Below, one piece after another: positions 48,942 to 62,590 of a stretch of DNA of 64,000 nucleotides. The notes under the pieces are model-generated. The model had not been told where the DNA came from. It saw only the letters and a program-made list of their open reading frames with translations, and searched no databases. This stretch comes from Vitrella brassicaformis CCMP3155 (Eukaryota > Protista > Chromerida): assembly GCA_001179505.1 (NCBI GenBank), contig CDMY01000361.1, forward strand, positions 1 through 64,000, read 5' to 3'. Position 1 is the first letter of the stretch. Each line of letters opens with the position of its first letter. A program made the translations under genes and the position numbers.

Positions 48942-50841
48942 ATGCAGCCAGCAATACAGCGACGCAGCTTCATATCTCCGCCGAGGAGGAACAGCAGGAG
49001 CGGAAGGGAACGGCTGAGGCTGTTGCGGGGAGGGAGCCGAGGACCGCTGCACACACTGGTCTGCGCATCGCTTGGAGGATGCCTCATTGTCTCACTGGTC
49101 GTCCTGTTGACTGCGGTGCCGGGCCCTTTCTCCCTCCTCCACCAACGGTCACACGCCTGTCAGCCGAGCCAAGAAACCACAGTGGATGCGCGGATTCTGC
49201 AGGACAACGACAAGGACGGCCAACCACCGCCCCAGCACCAGCAGCAACACCAGCAGCAGCTTACACCAATCGAGGCTGAGCGGTCGGCGGCGGCCGCGTT
49301 GGTGGCGTATCTGGTGCAGAGCATTAACGACTATGACAGGGAGGTCCAGGCCGTGGCGGATTGCGACGAGAGGACCTTCCGGGCCCCGACGGCTGCCGGC
49401 AGCCCGGAGCGGCTGTTGTCGGTGTGCGTGCCGCGGACGATGAATTTGGTGAGCGAGTCGCTGAGGCGGGAGAAGGGGGAGTGGGAGAAGCCTCAAACCA
49501 TGGCCATCGCTGACAAAATGAGGGTACAATGGGGCAGGCAGGAGAGGGGACAGAGCGCATGGAGTGTGTCAGTTGTATTTCAGGAGTGCGGGTCCCCCGG
49601 CGACGCTCGTTGTGTGTTTGTGGATGTGGGCGTGGAGGAGGGATGGTACGCTCTCAATATCGCAGCACTGGGGTATAAAGTCATCGGTACAAAGAGACAG
49701 ACACGAAAATGGACACAAACACAGATACATATAGCTCCGTATGATGTTGCTCTGTGCAACCTCTTGCATCACTGCATCTGGATGTGTGTCTGTATGTGTG
49801 GTGTAGGTTTCGAGGCAATGCTTCGCAACGTATACGCGACCACCAGGTCCGCACACCTGCCCGCCAACAGCTTTGAGGGCTCCGCCATCCCGGATATACA
49901 AATATACCCATTTGCAGCGGGAGACAAATACGAGAGGTAAGAGTAGATGGCCCAGCACAGTGAGTACAGAGACGACACATTTCGTGACGTGTGGTGGGTT
50001 TCGGTGACTGTACAGGTGCGTCGTCGCCTCAAGTAAGTGGTACTGACCTTCTCGTGCCAACAAGCTTCACTGTACCTTGTGTACGTTGGCTGGTGGATTG
50101 GTCTGTGATTCCTGCATCCGCTCACTCTTCCGCTGTGCAGATCCCAGGAACACCCTCGACGGTGACAAGTCGCACATATCGAGGGGTCATTCTGCCTGCG
50201 ATCGATGCCTGCCTGTGTCCATTTGTGCCTGCAGGTCACACGCTGTGCGGCGCGAGCAACACCTCCCATGTGCTCGAGAGGGCCAACCTCACCAGGCGAC
50301 ACGATGTAATGGATGGATGGAACAGGGAAACCAGTGCCTGTGACCGTGTGTTTCCGTGTGTGTGGATGGTGGATGGACGTGTATGTGCAGGTGCAGACGG
50401 TGCTGCTCGACGACATGCTGGCTGATGTGTCGCCATGGATGATGAAACTGGACGTCGAGGGAGCCGAACTCAAAGTACTCAGAGGTAGGTGCGCTAAGCC
50501 AGACGTATCAGTGTGGCATTTTTCTCTGTGTGGCATGTCAATCAGGTGCCCGTGAGGTGCTGAAGCGAGTCAAATACGTGTTCCACGAAGCATCCAGGTA
50601 GCATTGTCAGCAACGCCCTGCAACCATTGGCACTTATGTCTCTTGTATCGTCCACGACAGAGAGTTGCTAGAGGAGAAGGGCGACACGCCCGAGGAGTTG
50701 CTCGACTTCTGGAAGGCCATGGGGTTCTCCTGCCGGCCGTTCCAGTTCTCGCGTGAGGACCTCCGCACCGTCTTCAGGAGACGACGCTTTATGGCAGACA
50801 TCCTCTGCACAAACCTCAAATTCGTTAGCCTATACACATAG
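48942..50841 (+). CDS. FkbM-family methyltransferase, type II membrane anchor, copy 2 (canonical GT-AG introns at the junctions checked)
   Basis: Paralog of 10178-11892. Spliced product reads FVDVGVEEGWYAL..FAAGDKYERCVVASNPRNTLDGHTLCG..VQTVLLDDML..KLDVEGAE, and includes a 17-nt microexon at 50016-50032. Confidence 0.88.
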
Positions 50842-51341
50842 CATGACACGGCCGACATGCTCAGTGGTTCGGCCGGTGGGTGGGATGTGATGCGACGTGA
50901 GGCGCTGATGCACAAATGGTGCAAGTGATTTGATCGGCGTGTTGCTGAGTGAGAAGTGATTTGATCGCACTGTGGTGGGTGGGGGTGTGGTGGGTCTGTT
51001 TTGTAGGCGGGTGCTGTTGTATCTGTCCTGTCTGTCCTGCGTGCTCACGTGCTGTCGACATCACTTAGTCGGTGATGACTGATCGACAGTGTGCAGCCAG
51101 TGCACCTAGCTGTGCTGTGTGGCATGCATGTGGCGTGATGCGGGCTTGTCCATGTGCTGGTTCGTGTAAGGCATGACTTATGTATATAGATAGGTCAATG
51201 CACGTGTGTATATAGACATCGTCAGACACGCCCTCTGACACAAATGCCCGAACGCGAATACACCGAGAAATACATACGCACCCTACACCCTACTGAACCG
51301 GCACACTGATTAATCCTGCATCCCGCGATGAGGGGAGTGCG

Positions 51342-52803
51342 TCACGATTTGTCCGACACTTCATTGATGAATGCCGCCACTTGCTCGACGAACGCCTGCC
51401 GGTACTCCTGTTTCTCCAGACCATGGTCGCCGTCCAGAAACACCAACTTGGCACAGTCAGAGAAACTGACGCACAGCACACGGCCTCAAAGGCAAACATT
51501 CAGTGCACTGTTGGTTCGATAGACACCTTGATGCGGTTGGCATGAAGGTGTCGTTGAGGAAGGCCTTCAACGCATCCATATCCTTGACGTACTCATCGTC
51601 CTCACTGAAATCACACGAATGGGTGACAGACATCAGACATCTACACTGCGGGCTAGCTACGCCACCTGTAAACAAACAGTGAGGGTACGGTGAGGGGCTT
51701 GAGCCGCGGTGCCAGCTCCTCCTGGGTCAAGTCGGTTGAGAAGAAATCCTCATCACCCAACTTGGACGCCATGCTGTGAAAACTGCACACACACGCAACA
51801 CAAACTAACCCCCTGCTCGTTCTTGCCTGCGTGCCTGTGTCCTCGGCCATTACCGACCGGTATGCGCTGATGGATACGATGCCAAAGAGCTTCTCTGACA
51901 GGACCTTGTCGGGCTGTCCCTCGGCCAGTGCTGCATTGGCCTCAGCCAGCAGACCGTCGAACCCATGAGTGCCCACCTACACATCAAGGAATCGTCGCAG
52001 TGTACAGATTGGTTTGCATGTCCGAGTGTACGCACCATGGCCTGCCTGTCTGAGATGCCGCCCTGGAATACTGCAAAGTCCAGCGACCGGTGCGGTGGAC
52101 ATCCTGCAGCCAGGCATCAATGTATTTGGACAAGTGGATATTCCGTCTTCGGGTGTGTACGGTGTCACGACCTTGCTCATCGTATTGCTTCATCATGTGC
52201 ATGATGTCCTGGCAACCTGAAGCATAGAGGAATGATCGTCTCACCAGTGCGTGTGCGCTGCATGCAGGACAGCGCATTGCATACCCGTAGAGTGCCCGAT
52301 GATGCCTATCCGGTGGAAGCCCCTCTGTTTCCGAAGATGGTCCACCAGCAGCCAGAGCTCCTTCGCATCTTGCATCACGGACGATGTGCCAAACTGGTTC
52401 CAGCTGCTCGACAAATTCACCTGGCAGGCAGTGACTCATCCGATTCAACTCGACTGCGAAGGTGAGGCCTGGGGCACTGCCTGTCCCTCAAGACTGCATA
52501 TGTCAAGAGTGTTCACCTGGCAGACACTCCAGCCCATCGCGTTGAGCCTCTCGGCCAGGGATGGGACATACCGAAGACTAAGAAACCCTGAAACGATAGA
52601 CACACAATACTGCATGTTTGGTTCGCTGTTATAGATCTGATCTGACCATCAGTAAGACCTCCCACGACGATGCAGCACGATGCCTTGGAGGTCTTAATCT
52701 GTCGTGATGGCGTGATAAAGCCCAGCAGATGGCGACCCTCGTCGACATCGAAGTGAAACATCAAACCCTCCTGCTCCTGCGCTTCACTGCCCTCCTTCGC
52801 CAT
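51342..52803 (-). CDS. UPF0613/DUF1749 alpha/beta hydrolase
   Basis: CIVVGGLTDG; spliced nucleophile elbow IGIIGHSTGCQD; DEDFFSTDL; SEDDEYV; DGDHGL. Confidence 0.85.
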
Positions 52804-52922
52804 GATTCAGTGGCTGGGGTATGAGGCAACACGACAGATTGGCTGATGCTTTAGGGCGTCTTTTCGCGAAACAGCTTCAGGGCAGCTCGTAAAACACTAT
52901 TCCCTGACAAAGCTCCCACGTC

Positions 52923-55490
52923 ATGAGGAGCCTGGTGAGAGGAGCCGCATCTAGTCTCTTCCGGCCTTCGAATCAGTTTCGAGCGGTCTCTTCCGTGCCG
53001 GCATTCATCAATGGGACCTTCAGCGAGAGCTCCGGCACACAGTTCTTTGAAGTGCGGAATCCGGCCACGCAAGAGCTGAGTAAGTGATCAGGAAGTTGCC
53101 TGCTGACGCCTGTATGATGTGGCGTTTGATCTCATGCAGTTGCCAAGACTCCTCAGTCAACAGACGCGGAGCTGAAGGATGCAGCAAGTGCAGCGCAGAA
53201 GGCCTTCTTGTCGTGGCGCAACACACCCGTGTCGGTGCGCCAGAGATACATGTTCAAGTTGCAGTCAATCATCCGCGAGAGAACCGACGAACTGGCCGCA
53301 ATCCTCACCAAGGAGCAGGGCAAGACTCTAGACGATGCCAAAGGTGACATCTTCCGGTGAGCCAACCGACCAGCCGCAGCCGCGCCGCAAAGAGCAAACA
53401 CCCATGAGTGCCTGTTGTGATGTCAGGGGCCTGGAGGTTGTGGAGTATGCTTGCAGCGCATCTTCTGTACTCATGGGCGAGACCATCGAGAACGTCTCCA
53501 AGGTGAGGCGGGCAACCTGAGAGCACCGGTTGACGCACCTGGATCCCGTCACATGGTTTGTTTGATGTAGGGCGTTGACACCTATTCGTACAGACAGCCA
53601 CTCGGTGTTTGTGCGGGAGTGGCGCCATTCAACTTCCCCGCAATGTGAGTATCTGAGCGGGAGGGGCAGGTTGTTTCTCTTTTTCATTTCCTTCTTCCTC
53701 TTTTCTGTAGGATTCCGTTGTGGATGTTCCCATTAGCAATTGCAGGTCAGGTGCTCTTCTCTGCCCATCGTTCGCTGCAAGAGCCGATTGTGCTATTTCA
53801 GCCGGCAACACCTTCGTCCTCAAGCCGTCTGAGCGGGTGCCATTGTCGTCAATGAAGCTGGCAGAGTGGCTGAACGAAATTGGGCTCCCTCCTGGTGTCG
53901 TCAACATCGTGGTACGCACACACAAAAGGCAGCATTCAACGATGGTATGTACTTTGCTGCATGCCTTCTCTTGTCAGCATGGCGGGAAGCCGACTGTGGA
54001 CTTCATTTGTGAAGACCCTCACATTCGCGCCATATCGTTTGTCGGCTCGAACAGAGCCGGCGAGTACATCTTCGAACAGGGGACCAAGAACGGCAAGCGC
54101 GTCCAGGCCAACCTGGGAGCAAAGGTTCGCAGGGCAGCAGGGTGGGATGAGGCACACGTGTTCGTGGCTTCCTGATCATGGTGGGATCTTTGCTTTCAAT
54201 CTAGAACCACGCGGTCGTCATGCCAGACGCGGACAAGGAGGACACAATCAATATGCTCTGCAATTCGGCATTTGGTGGGCTGGAGAAAGGAAGGAGAAAT
54301 GCATCTGGATGGTCTCAATTGCAGGGGCTGCCGGACAGCGCTGCATGGCCATTTCTGTTGCCATGATGGTGGGGGAAGCGTCTGCCTGGATACCGTAAGC
54401 TAAGGCGCACTCGCTCTCTCAACGAAGAGCTTTGATTGAGCTCGTTCTTGTCAGAGAGATCGTGAAGCGAGCGTCTTCATTCAAGGTCAACACAGGGAGC
54501 GAGCCTGGGACCGACATCGGCCCTCTGATCTCCCCAGAGGCAAAGAAGCGCGTCATTCAGCTCGTTTCACAAGTAGGGATTTTTGAACAGTTCGCATCCG
54601 TCACCATGTTCCCGTGTGTGTCGAATAGGGGGTGGAGGAAGGCGCGACGCTAGCGCTGAATGGTTTGGACGTGACCGTGCCGGGCTACGAAAATGGTACA
54701 CACGTCAACACCAGCAGTCTGCATCATTCTCTCCCTTGTTCATTCTCGGCAGGCAACTTCGTCGGACCTACCCTCCTCACAGACGTCACTCCCGACAACG
54801 TCGCATACAACGAAGAGATTTTCGGTATGGATATGCACCTGCCAAACGACATGGTCCTGTTGCACAGGTGCGGTGTACTACAACAGGTCCGGTGTTGTGC
54901 ACGATGAACTGCGACAGCCTTGACGATGCTTTGGCAACTGTCAACAAGAACCCAAAAGGCAATGGGACAGGTAACACGCTCGTGGTCTGCATGCATCAAG
55001 ACGCGACTTGCATTTCTTTTTTCCTTTAGCAATCTTCACCAAGAATGGTGCTACAGCCAGAAGGTTCCAGTATGAAGTGGACGTGGGGCAAGGTGAGCGA
55101 CCACGAGACCACGAAGACACCTGCAACAAATACAAGACAATTAACCAATGTTCGTCTCCTCCAGTTGGCATCAATCTGCCCATTCCGGTTCCACTTCCGA
55201 TGTACGCACACACAGGCATCAGCTAGACGCAGCCCCATTTTCTGTTTCCACTACCGCTTTCAGGTTCTCATTCACTGGCTGGAAAGGAAGCATCAGAGGC
55301 GACCTGAACTTCTACGGCAAATATGGTACGTGTCAAGAACGACAAAGACTCAGTTTGTTTTCCTTGGATCTGAACGCTCCCTTGTTCTGCAGGGCTCTAC
55401 TTTTACACACAGGTCAAGACCATTACCAGTCGCTGGAAAGATGAAGCCAAGGTGGCTAAGTTGAGTGGGGCAATGCCAACTTTGGGGTAG
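52923..55490 (+). CDS. ALDH6A1: methylmalonate-semialdehyde dehydrogenase (acylating), with a mitochondrial-type presequence
   Basis: [15 protein letters not shown] leader; [21 protein letters not shown]; PFNFPAMIPLWMFP; KPSERVP; SFVGS; NLGAKNH; GAAGQRCMA (catalytic Cys); [20 protein letters not shown]. Confidence 0.96.
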
Positions 55491-56032
55491 CGGGTCTGTG
55501 ATTCAAGTCTGTCAAATAATGTCATTGGGGTGGGGGGCAGTTCTGTCCAGAGGTTCATGCAGGTGCATAGTGTAGCACTGCGCGTTCTCGTTTGGGACTT
55601 ATGACACTCTTGTGGTGGAGGGTGCAGAGAGGCACACATACACACAGCCATCAATCAATTCAGCGTATCCTGATGCACGCATTGATCGATGAGAATAGGC
55701 ACACACAGAGAGGGGCCGTCCCCAACCGTCTCATGCGACCTTGACGAACACACCGTCCTGCGTCGACAACATTTGTGCACATTCATATTGCATAGGGAAT
55801 TTTGTTTGTAGTGGACATGCCTGAAGAAAGGCCGCATCAAACATCCGGTCAAGCCCTTCACGAACTGAGTAGCAACTCCCATTCAAGCTGAAAAAAATCG
55901 GCCAAAGCCAAAGGCTTCATGCACCTCCTCAGCATCTTTCAAACCTACCTCATGTCAAGTATGGAGACATTTGAGCTTTCTGCGACTGCCGATTTGAGCA
56001 AAGCAATGATCTCTCCCTGCGAATCTCCCACA

Positions 56033-59000
56033 TCATTTGCAGCCAATGAGAGGTATTGAAGCGTAGGATGTGTCTTGACTACATCTGCCCATATCGAAGC
56101 GCCTGGAGCAGAAGGGAAATTGTGTGCGTCTCTGCCCGCCTTTTTCTAACCTACCAATTTCTCCAATCTGATTCCAGCTGAGATCCAGATAGCGTAGAGC
56201 CGGAGGCGACCGCATTTCGCTAGACGAGTTGAATCTTCTGACGCTGGTAGTATGTCCCTCCGCGATGGGAACGTGCAACGTTCTGTTCACGCCGCATAAC
56301 AATCCAGCGCCTCCACGTTCTGTTTCGGACAGAGATGCAGCTTTGGTTGGGATGCCAGCCACTGCAGCCGCCAAGGCCAATGAGCCTACAAGCAGAGGGA
56401 GAAGCAAAGAACAAGTGCTCGACACGGAAGCTGGTACGACCGAGGACCTTCTGCAGTGATTTGATTTTTGGCCAGATCCAGAGCCGTCAATTTGCGTAAG
56501 CTGCTGACGACAGCCGACGCGACTTCAACACAGCCCTGGACCAACAACGAAGACTTCCAACAGGAGAATGCCACAGCATGTTTCAGGGACTCACCCTGCT
56601 CCCGATTTGATTGTCTCGCAATGTGATGGTCTCCAACCAGCACCTGGTGTCAATGGAGAATGCGTAAGGGAATGTGAGGACGCGTGTCTTTCTCACCTTG
56701 TCCTTTCAAGCGCGGAACAGAGCAAAAACGCCCCCCGGTCAGAAACGCTACAGCCATCCAACGTCAAATGGGACAAAGACGAGAAGACCATGCCCTTTCC
56801 AAAAAGATGCGCCTCGAGTCGCGCCCCAAGAAAGAGGGAAAAGAGGGAGAAGGAGGAAGCCAATCCGACAACTTCTTGCAGCACCGGCAAGAACGCCGAG
56901 CCCTCGGGGAAGTCCACCTGTCCATCACATGTGGCGATACATATGTATGAGAACGCCAAAATGGCTTTTCTTTTTTTTGTACCTTTTCGCTGTCGTGAAT
57001 GCCTTTTCTGACTTGAGCACCGAGACACTGGGCTCCGCCATATGAAAGTCGATCCGCTAAGCGCTGTTGCAATAAGTCTCCAGCTCCATGGAGTAATGCC
57101 TGCTGACGTCTCTGACTTCGGGCTTTCCATCTCTTCTCCTTCAAGAGGCCACGGCTGATGAGCTCCGTCTCCACTCCTGCCAGCTCTCCGGGTTCTTCTC
57201 GCGCCAGTCCTCGCCAGATTTGCAATCTGGTCCGCAGCTCTTTGAGGAGTTTGTCTCCGTTTGGAGACACCCCTTCTGATGCTTCAGCCGCAAAGCCATC
57301 ATTGCCACTTATTTCCGTTTTGAACGAAGGAACGACGGAAGGAATGTCTTGCGTTGTCTCCAAAGCAGGGCCGATTGACAAACGTTTCTCGATGACAGCA
57401 GGGCAGGCCGAAAACAACAGCTTGATGTTCTCGAAAGGCTGCCGCAGACTCGCGTCGTTCATGTCGAAGGGTTCTGGGAAAGGCCGGAAGACGCGCTGGT
57501 TCCTGTCAGGAGGTAATGCAACAGCAGAGCCAGAAAAGCGATAATCGGTACACGGCGCTATGGGGGTGTCGTCCAATGGCGGAAGGGAGGGGTCGCTCGT
57601 GTCTCTTGTGGTCCGTCCGAAACTCAAGATGACGTGAAGAACGGCAGCATAAGGGTACAGGTGCAGCACATGACCGAAGAGAATCGCGTCGCATTGAGTG
57701 ATGTTTGACCATGGTGACATCTGAATCTGGATAACGACTGCTGCGCCTGAGGAATACAAAAGTTCGGTCATAGCACCCATCAGGAGCCCCGGTGCAGTTA
57801 CCCAGCTGTCCTGCTTTTTGGAGCGACTCCAAGTCGATCCCATTGAAGAATGTTAACGTTCCAAAACGGCTCTATGATACGAAAGGAGACGTGCAGGTCT
57901 CGCCAGACTGCTTTTTTCTTCACTTTTCGTACCTGGAGTATCTTGACCATTTCCAATGCACTGCACACTCCCAAGGAGAGACAGCTTCGAGCATCGAAAT
58001 ATCTCAAGGATGGAAGCGGCATTTCGGCCCTGTCCATTTTGTATGGAGGCGATAGGATATTCGCGAGGCGGGAAATGGCCGCATCGGTGATCGTGTTCTG
58101 AGACAAATCGAGGTGCGTCACAGCCGCGAGACGTCGAAAGCCGGGAGCTTCCCGAGGCCACTTGCTCTCCAGCAGTGAGCACAGCCCTTGCATTCCTTCG
58201 TCGCTCGAACTCCGTGAACACCGAAGGAAAGCGGTTTCGAGCCGGAGGTGTTCAAAGACCTGTAGGAAAGCAGGCACCAGATAGGGGGGAGGATTGGCAT
58301 AGCTTCCTTTATTTCTTATTACCTCTGGAGTCTTTTCGCACAGCCGACCAAGCAGGGCGAGAGTGGTGTCATTCCATAGCACATCGGAGTCTTCAGGCTG
58401 GTCTTGCTTTTGTAGCTGAATACCGTTGAACGACGTGAGATTGGTCCTTCCAGCCGCTGCGGACGCCAACATGGACGAACCTCTGTATGTGAAAAACGCT
58501 CGTTAAAGCGGTCATTCAAGCAATATTCGGTCCTCATGGAATGTCGTTACTTTGCGCTCGTTTTGAAGCCTGGGCCGAACTGCAAATGCTTGATAGTCTG
58601 ATTGCCGACCACAATATCGGCGAGGAAGACCAAGGAGTTGTCAGGAATAGTGTGTCTCGACAGTCGCAGAGAGACGAGAAGCGGGAAGTTTGCTGGCGTG
58701 ACAAGGCTACCGAGGAGCAGGGCGTCACCCTCGTCGAGACGAACTTCTCTCGTAGCTTCTGGTCCTTCTCCGCCCGTGTTGATGGCAGCCCGCGCGTATG
58801 CCACTCCTGCAGGATCGTCGAAATCGCCAAAATCTATTGCTCCGTCATCAGCTCCGTTGAAGTGCAAGAGCTGGAGAATCGCAAGCTGTCAAAGTCGAAT
58901 GTGTGAGGGAAGCCTTACCTTTGTCTTTTGCGCATTGGCGATTAGAACGGGAATACAGTTGAGCGTCTCCACATTTGTGTTTTCGTTCTGAAGCAGGTGG

Positions 59001-62000
59001 AGCAAATACAGCCCGTCCGATTCAGTGAGGTAGTTTCCACGCTGACCAAACAAGGGTAAACAGATAGTCGAGTCAAATCCAAGTAACGCTCTTGCATTGT
59101 ACCAGGTCAAGCTTCCTTAGAGAAGGACTCATTAGGAGGGAGCGAAGGACGCGGCGAAAGAAGGAAGGCACTCGCTCTATCGCTGCGTCATGGTCTTCGT
59201 TCTCCTCACTGCAAGAAACAATGAGGTGTGCTGAAAAGGAGATGTATCTACACGTACCCGGCGGCATACTCATCAGGGTGCATCGATTCGCACATTTTCC
59301 GCAGACCTTGCATGGCAAGACTTAAGGAAATGAGCGACTCAGTCAGCGGCAGAGCTAATGGCCTGACAATGGCGCAATCAGACGACGACATCACACGTGA
59401 AACACGAGAAGGACGCACCTGTCCAATTGCGGGAAGGGGAAATTTCTCGGCGCCTCACACACCGGCACGTGAAGGGCGGGGGTATAGATTGTCTGCAGAG
59501 ACATGCAATGTGTCCATGTATTGTGTCTCGGTGGCTCAGACGCCTTTTTCATCTGTTCCTTTACTCGATAGGTGCCGGCCGGTCCCTCGACCACAGTGCC
59601 GCTCATCACTTCCTCAAAGTCTTCTGGAGACATGGATGAAAGCTGCTCCTTGGTGAGAGATCTGATGAGACAATTCGTCGTGAACCAGCAAGCGACGTGG
59701 GCACTGACAATCATTTGCCTCTCACCTGCCACCTGCGGCAACCTCTTCGAACCGCGGGAGCGTCATGAGAGTTGCCTTGAGCAGATTTATCATGCGTGCC
59801 GTCTCGTCTGAAAATGGCAGCCGTTTCCTCCTCACTGGCATCACGCTTTCTTGCACCGAAAGCCGCCTCAAATGGGTTCCAGCGCCCGAAGACAAGTATG
59901 TGAGCAGAGAGCAGACCGAGTTTGTGTTCATCCTGGCTCCGTCAATGGGCAGCTCCGTGATTTGGAGGGAGGGATTGGCGAGACATCTCAGCAGGCTTAC
60001 ACAGACATGGGTGCTCCGGATGCTCAGCTGATGGGGAAAGCTCCCCTCGCTCAAGCTGCTCACCAAGGCCGCGAGACGCTGGCACTGGTCAGTAACCACA
60101 GTCACGCGCTTGTCAATGAAGTATAGGCACACTCGCAGCGGCCGCTTATGCGCCACGAGTGCACGGAAGACCCCTTCGGAATCAGCGTTGCCCCTTAACC
60201 TCAGTGTGAGCGACTCGATGGCATCTTCACCGTCAATTGAATGCACGACGCCCCGCGTGCTCTCTGCAAGCGGTAAGGACTTGGTTTGCTACCTGTGCAA
60301 CCACAACTCACTTTACCAAGCCGAAGAAGCAATCGAAGGTCTTCATCATCGTACGAACTGAATGAAGCACACCAGGCCCCTCAGATATCTTCGACAGGTG
60401 TGTGTCTGTTCTCTCACCCGAGCTGCATGTCATTGAATGTCTCAAGCGATCCTCGATGCGTCGGCCGGCATACCTTCCACAGACACGAGAAGCGGGCCTC
60501 GGCTTGTTCCACCTCGGCGTCGCGGGATTCTCTTTCGGTCCGAAGACGGGCCCCAAGGCCTCCTGAAAGCCTACAGAGAGTGAGACACACAGGCACCATC
60601 TGACAGATTGCTCTTGTTCCCTTGTGTGTTGCCTCTCCGATTACTTGCAAAGTGTGGAGCTGTAGCCCTGTATTGTAAGCGTCTGCACACGGGTCTTCCT
60701 TGAAGGCTCCGCGAACAAGGCCATGAGCTCGTCGATGCCGTCCGTCCCCGGTGGCAGAGCAAGGCTGACCTCGCGTAGCTCTGCCGAGTCTTTCTCGAGG
60801 AGCCTAGCCAATCATTCGCGGAGGGATATGCACAAGGATGCGTCTCGTTTTGCGACAACTCACCTCTTGACTGAGAAGAAGAGATGAGCCGACACGAAAG
60901 GCGGATACGGAACGACATCAACGAAACCGTCGGCAGAAGTGGAAACCTGCCATAGTGAGACATGCTTCTCTTCGTCATTAATCTGGGACTTAATAGCATT
61001 ACTTGGCCGAATCTGAGGCTTCGAAGCTCTCGCATGCTACCCAGGGTCAGCATTTTGAGTTGAAGGACCAAGTCGGTTGTAGAAGCGCGCGGGCTTGAAG
61101 ACCACGATTGGAGCGACGAGGCGCCGAAATGTTTCGCCTCGTCCGAGGTATCGACGTCAAACTCCTTGCCTCCGCACGGCTTTCTGAAGTCTTCAACACG
61201 TGTGGGAAGACTCCCCCACGCTTCAAGTTTGGGATGGAGCAGCAATGCCTCCGCAAGGGCGTTCAGCCCCTGCACCTTGTCCCACGTTGGGTGGCCGATA
61301 GCCGCACAGGCAATGGGGAAGCTGAGACGTCGCAAGCTCCTGTTACCGCGGACACCCTTGGTCAGCATCGCCAGACCCTGCGGCATCACATTATATATGC
61401 ATGTATATGGCAGCGGCATGTGAAGATATCAGAATGTGCCTCTCACCTGCAGGTCGACAGGAATGTTGTCAAGAGTCAGACTCTCGATCGCCCCGCTGTG
61501 AAGGACGTATCTTGCGATCTTTTTGATCCCTTCATGGCCGAAGGAGCTGTTAGACAAGTCGAGCTCCTTGACACAATCAAATCTAAAAGACAAAGACACA
61601 ATCCGCCGAGACCTGCCATGCCTCGGCCAGTGATCGGTCTTTCGCACCTCAAGAGCCATTCCTCGAGGAATATGATGTCTTCGTCAACAAGAAGGCGGTT
61701 CGCGAGGTTCAACGAATTTGCATGGCCACTTCGGAAGCGACGAAAGTCGATCTTCATGGTATTGACGCTTTCAAGAGGAGAGCTGGCATTCCCGATAAGG
61801 CTTTGAGCAATCGCCTGACACGAGAGTGGGAAGACGGTCTGTGAATGCGTTCCTATTGGTGACAATGGGTACCTTGGCTCCTTCCTTCTGCACTGAGCAG
61901 AGACACAAGATAGAGCAAGTGTGAAATGAGCAAGACGTACAGGGTCTGTTGGGGCATACCGTCGTTGCGTCTGAAGACGATCTGTTTCAGTGATTCGTTG

Positions 62001-62590
62001 AATCTGAGGAAGTGCGACAGGATGATTGCTCCCACCACCTCGATGCCATACAGGCCGCTGTGGCCTCTCCAATTGGACAGATTGAGCGACGTTGCGGTGT
62101 TGTCCTTCAAAGGCCGCACATGTACCCCATTAACTTTGGTCAGCAAGACGTAGCGGCGACCCAGCGCCTGCAGACAGTCGTGACGGAGCACCTGGGTTGG
62201 GGGCTCGTGTGCGGCCAGCCTCCTTTTTTGTCTCTCACGGTCCCTACCTTCATGAGCTCCCAGCCAAATCCTGGGCTAAGCTGATTCCCTCTCAGATCTG
62301 CAGACAAGACAGTCAGACGCACATTCATGCATTCAACTTCAATCAAATCATGGCGCACCATGATCACCTTACCGAGCTCCATTAGGTTGGGGCTTGATAT
62401 AACGAGACTGAATATGATGTTGGCGTCGAGTCTGCTGCCCACTGGCAAGTCATATTATGACAGACAGCCACGAATCACGTTCCCCTGCGATGTTCTCTGG
62501 TCCCTTACTCAAGTGCAGCTTGTCGAATGTGCCGCTGTCTCCACCGAAGGAGAGATTGAGAGCGCAGGAATCCGCCTTTATCGCCGCCAT
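56033..62590 (-). CDS. large RNI-like leucine-rich-repeat protein (multi-exon; may be more than one gene or partly decayed)
   Basis: Many LRR units: LRYLDLSWNQIG, LTALDLAKNQITAEG, VTHLDLSQNTITD, VKELDLSNSSFGHEG, ATSLNLSN..GAIILSHFLRFNESLKQI, DLRGNQL. Confidence 0.72.
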
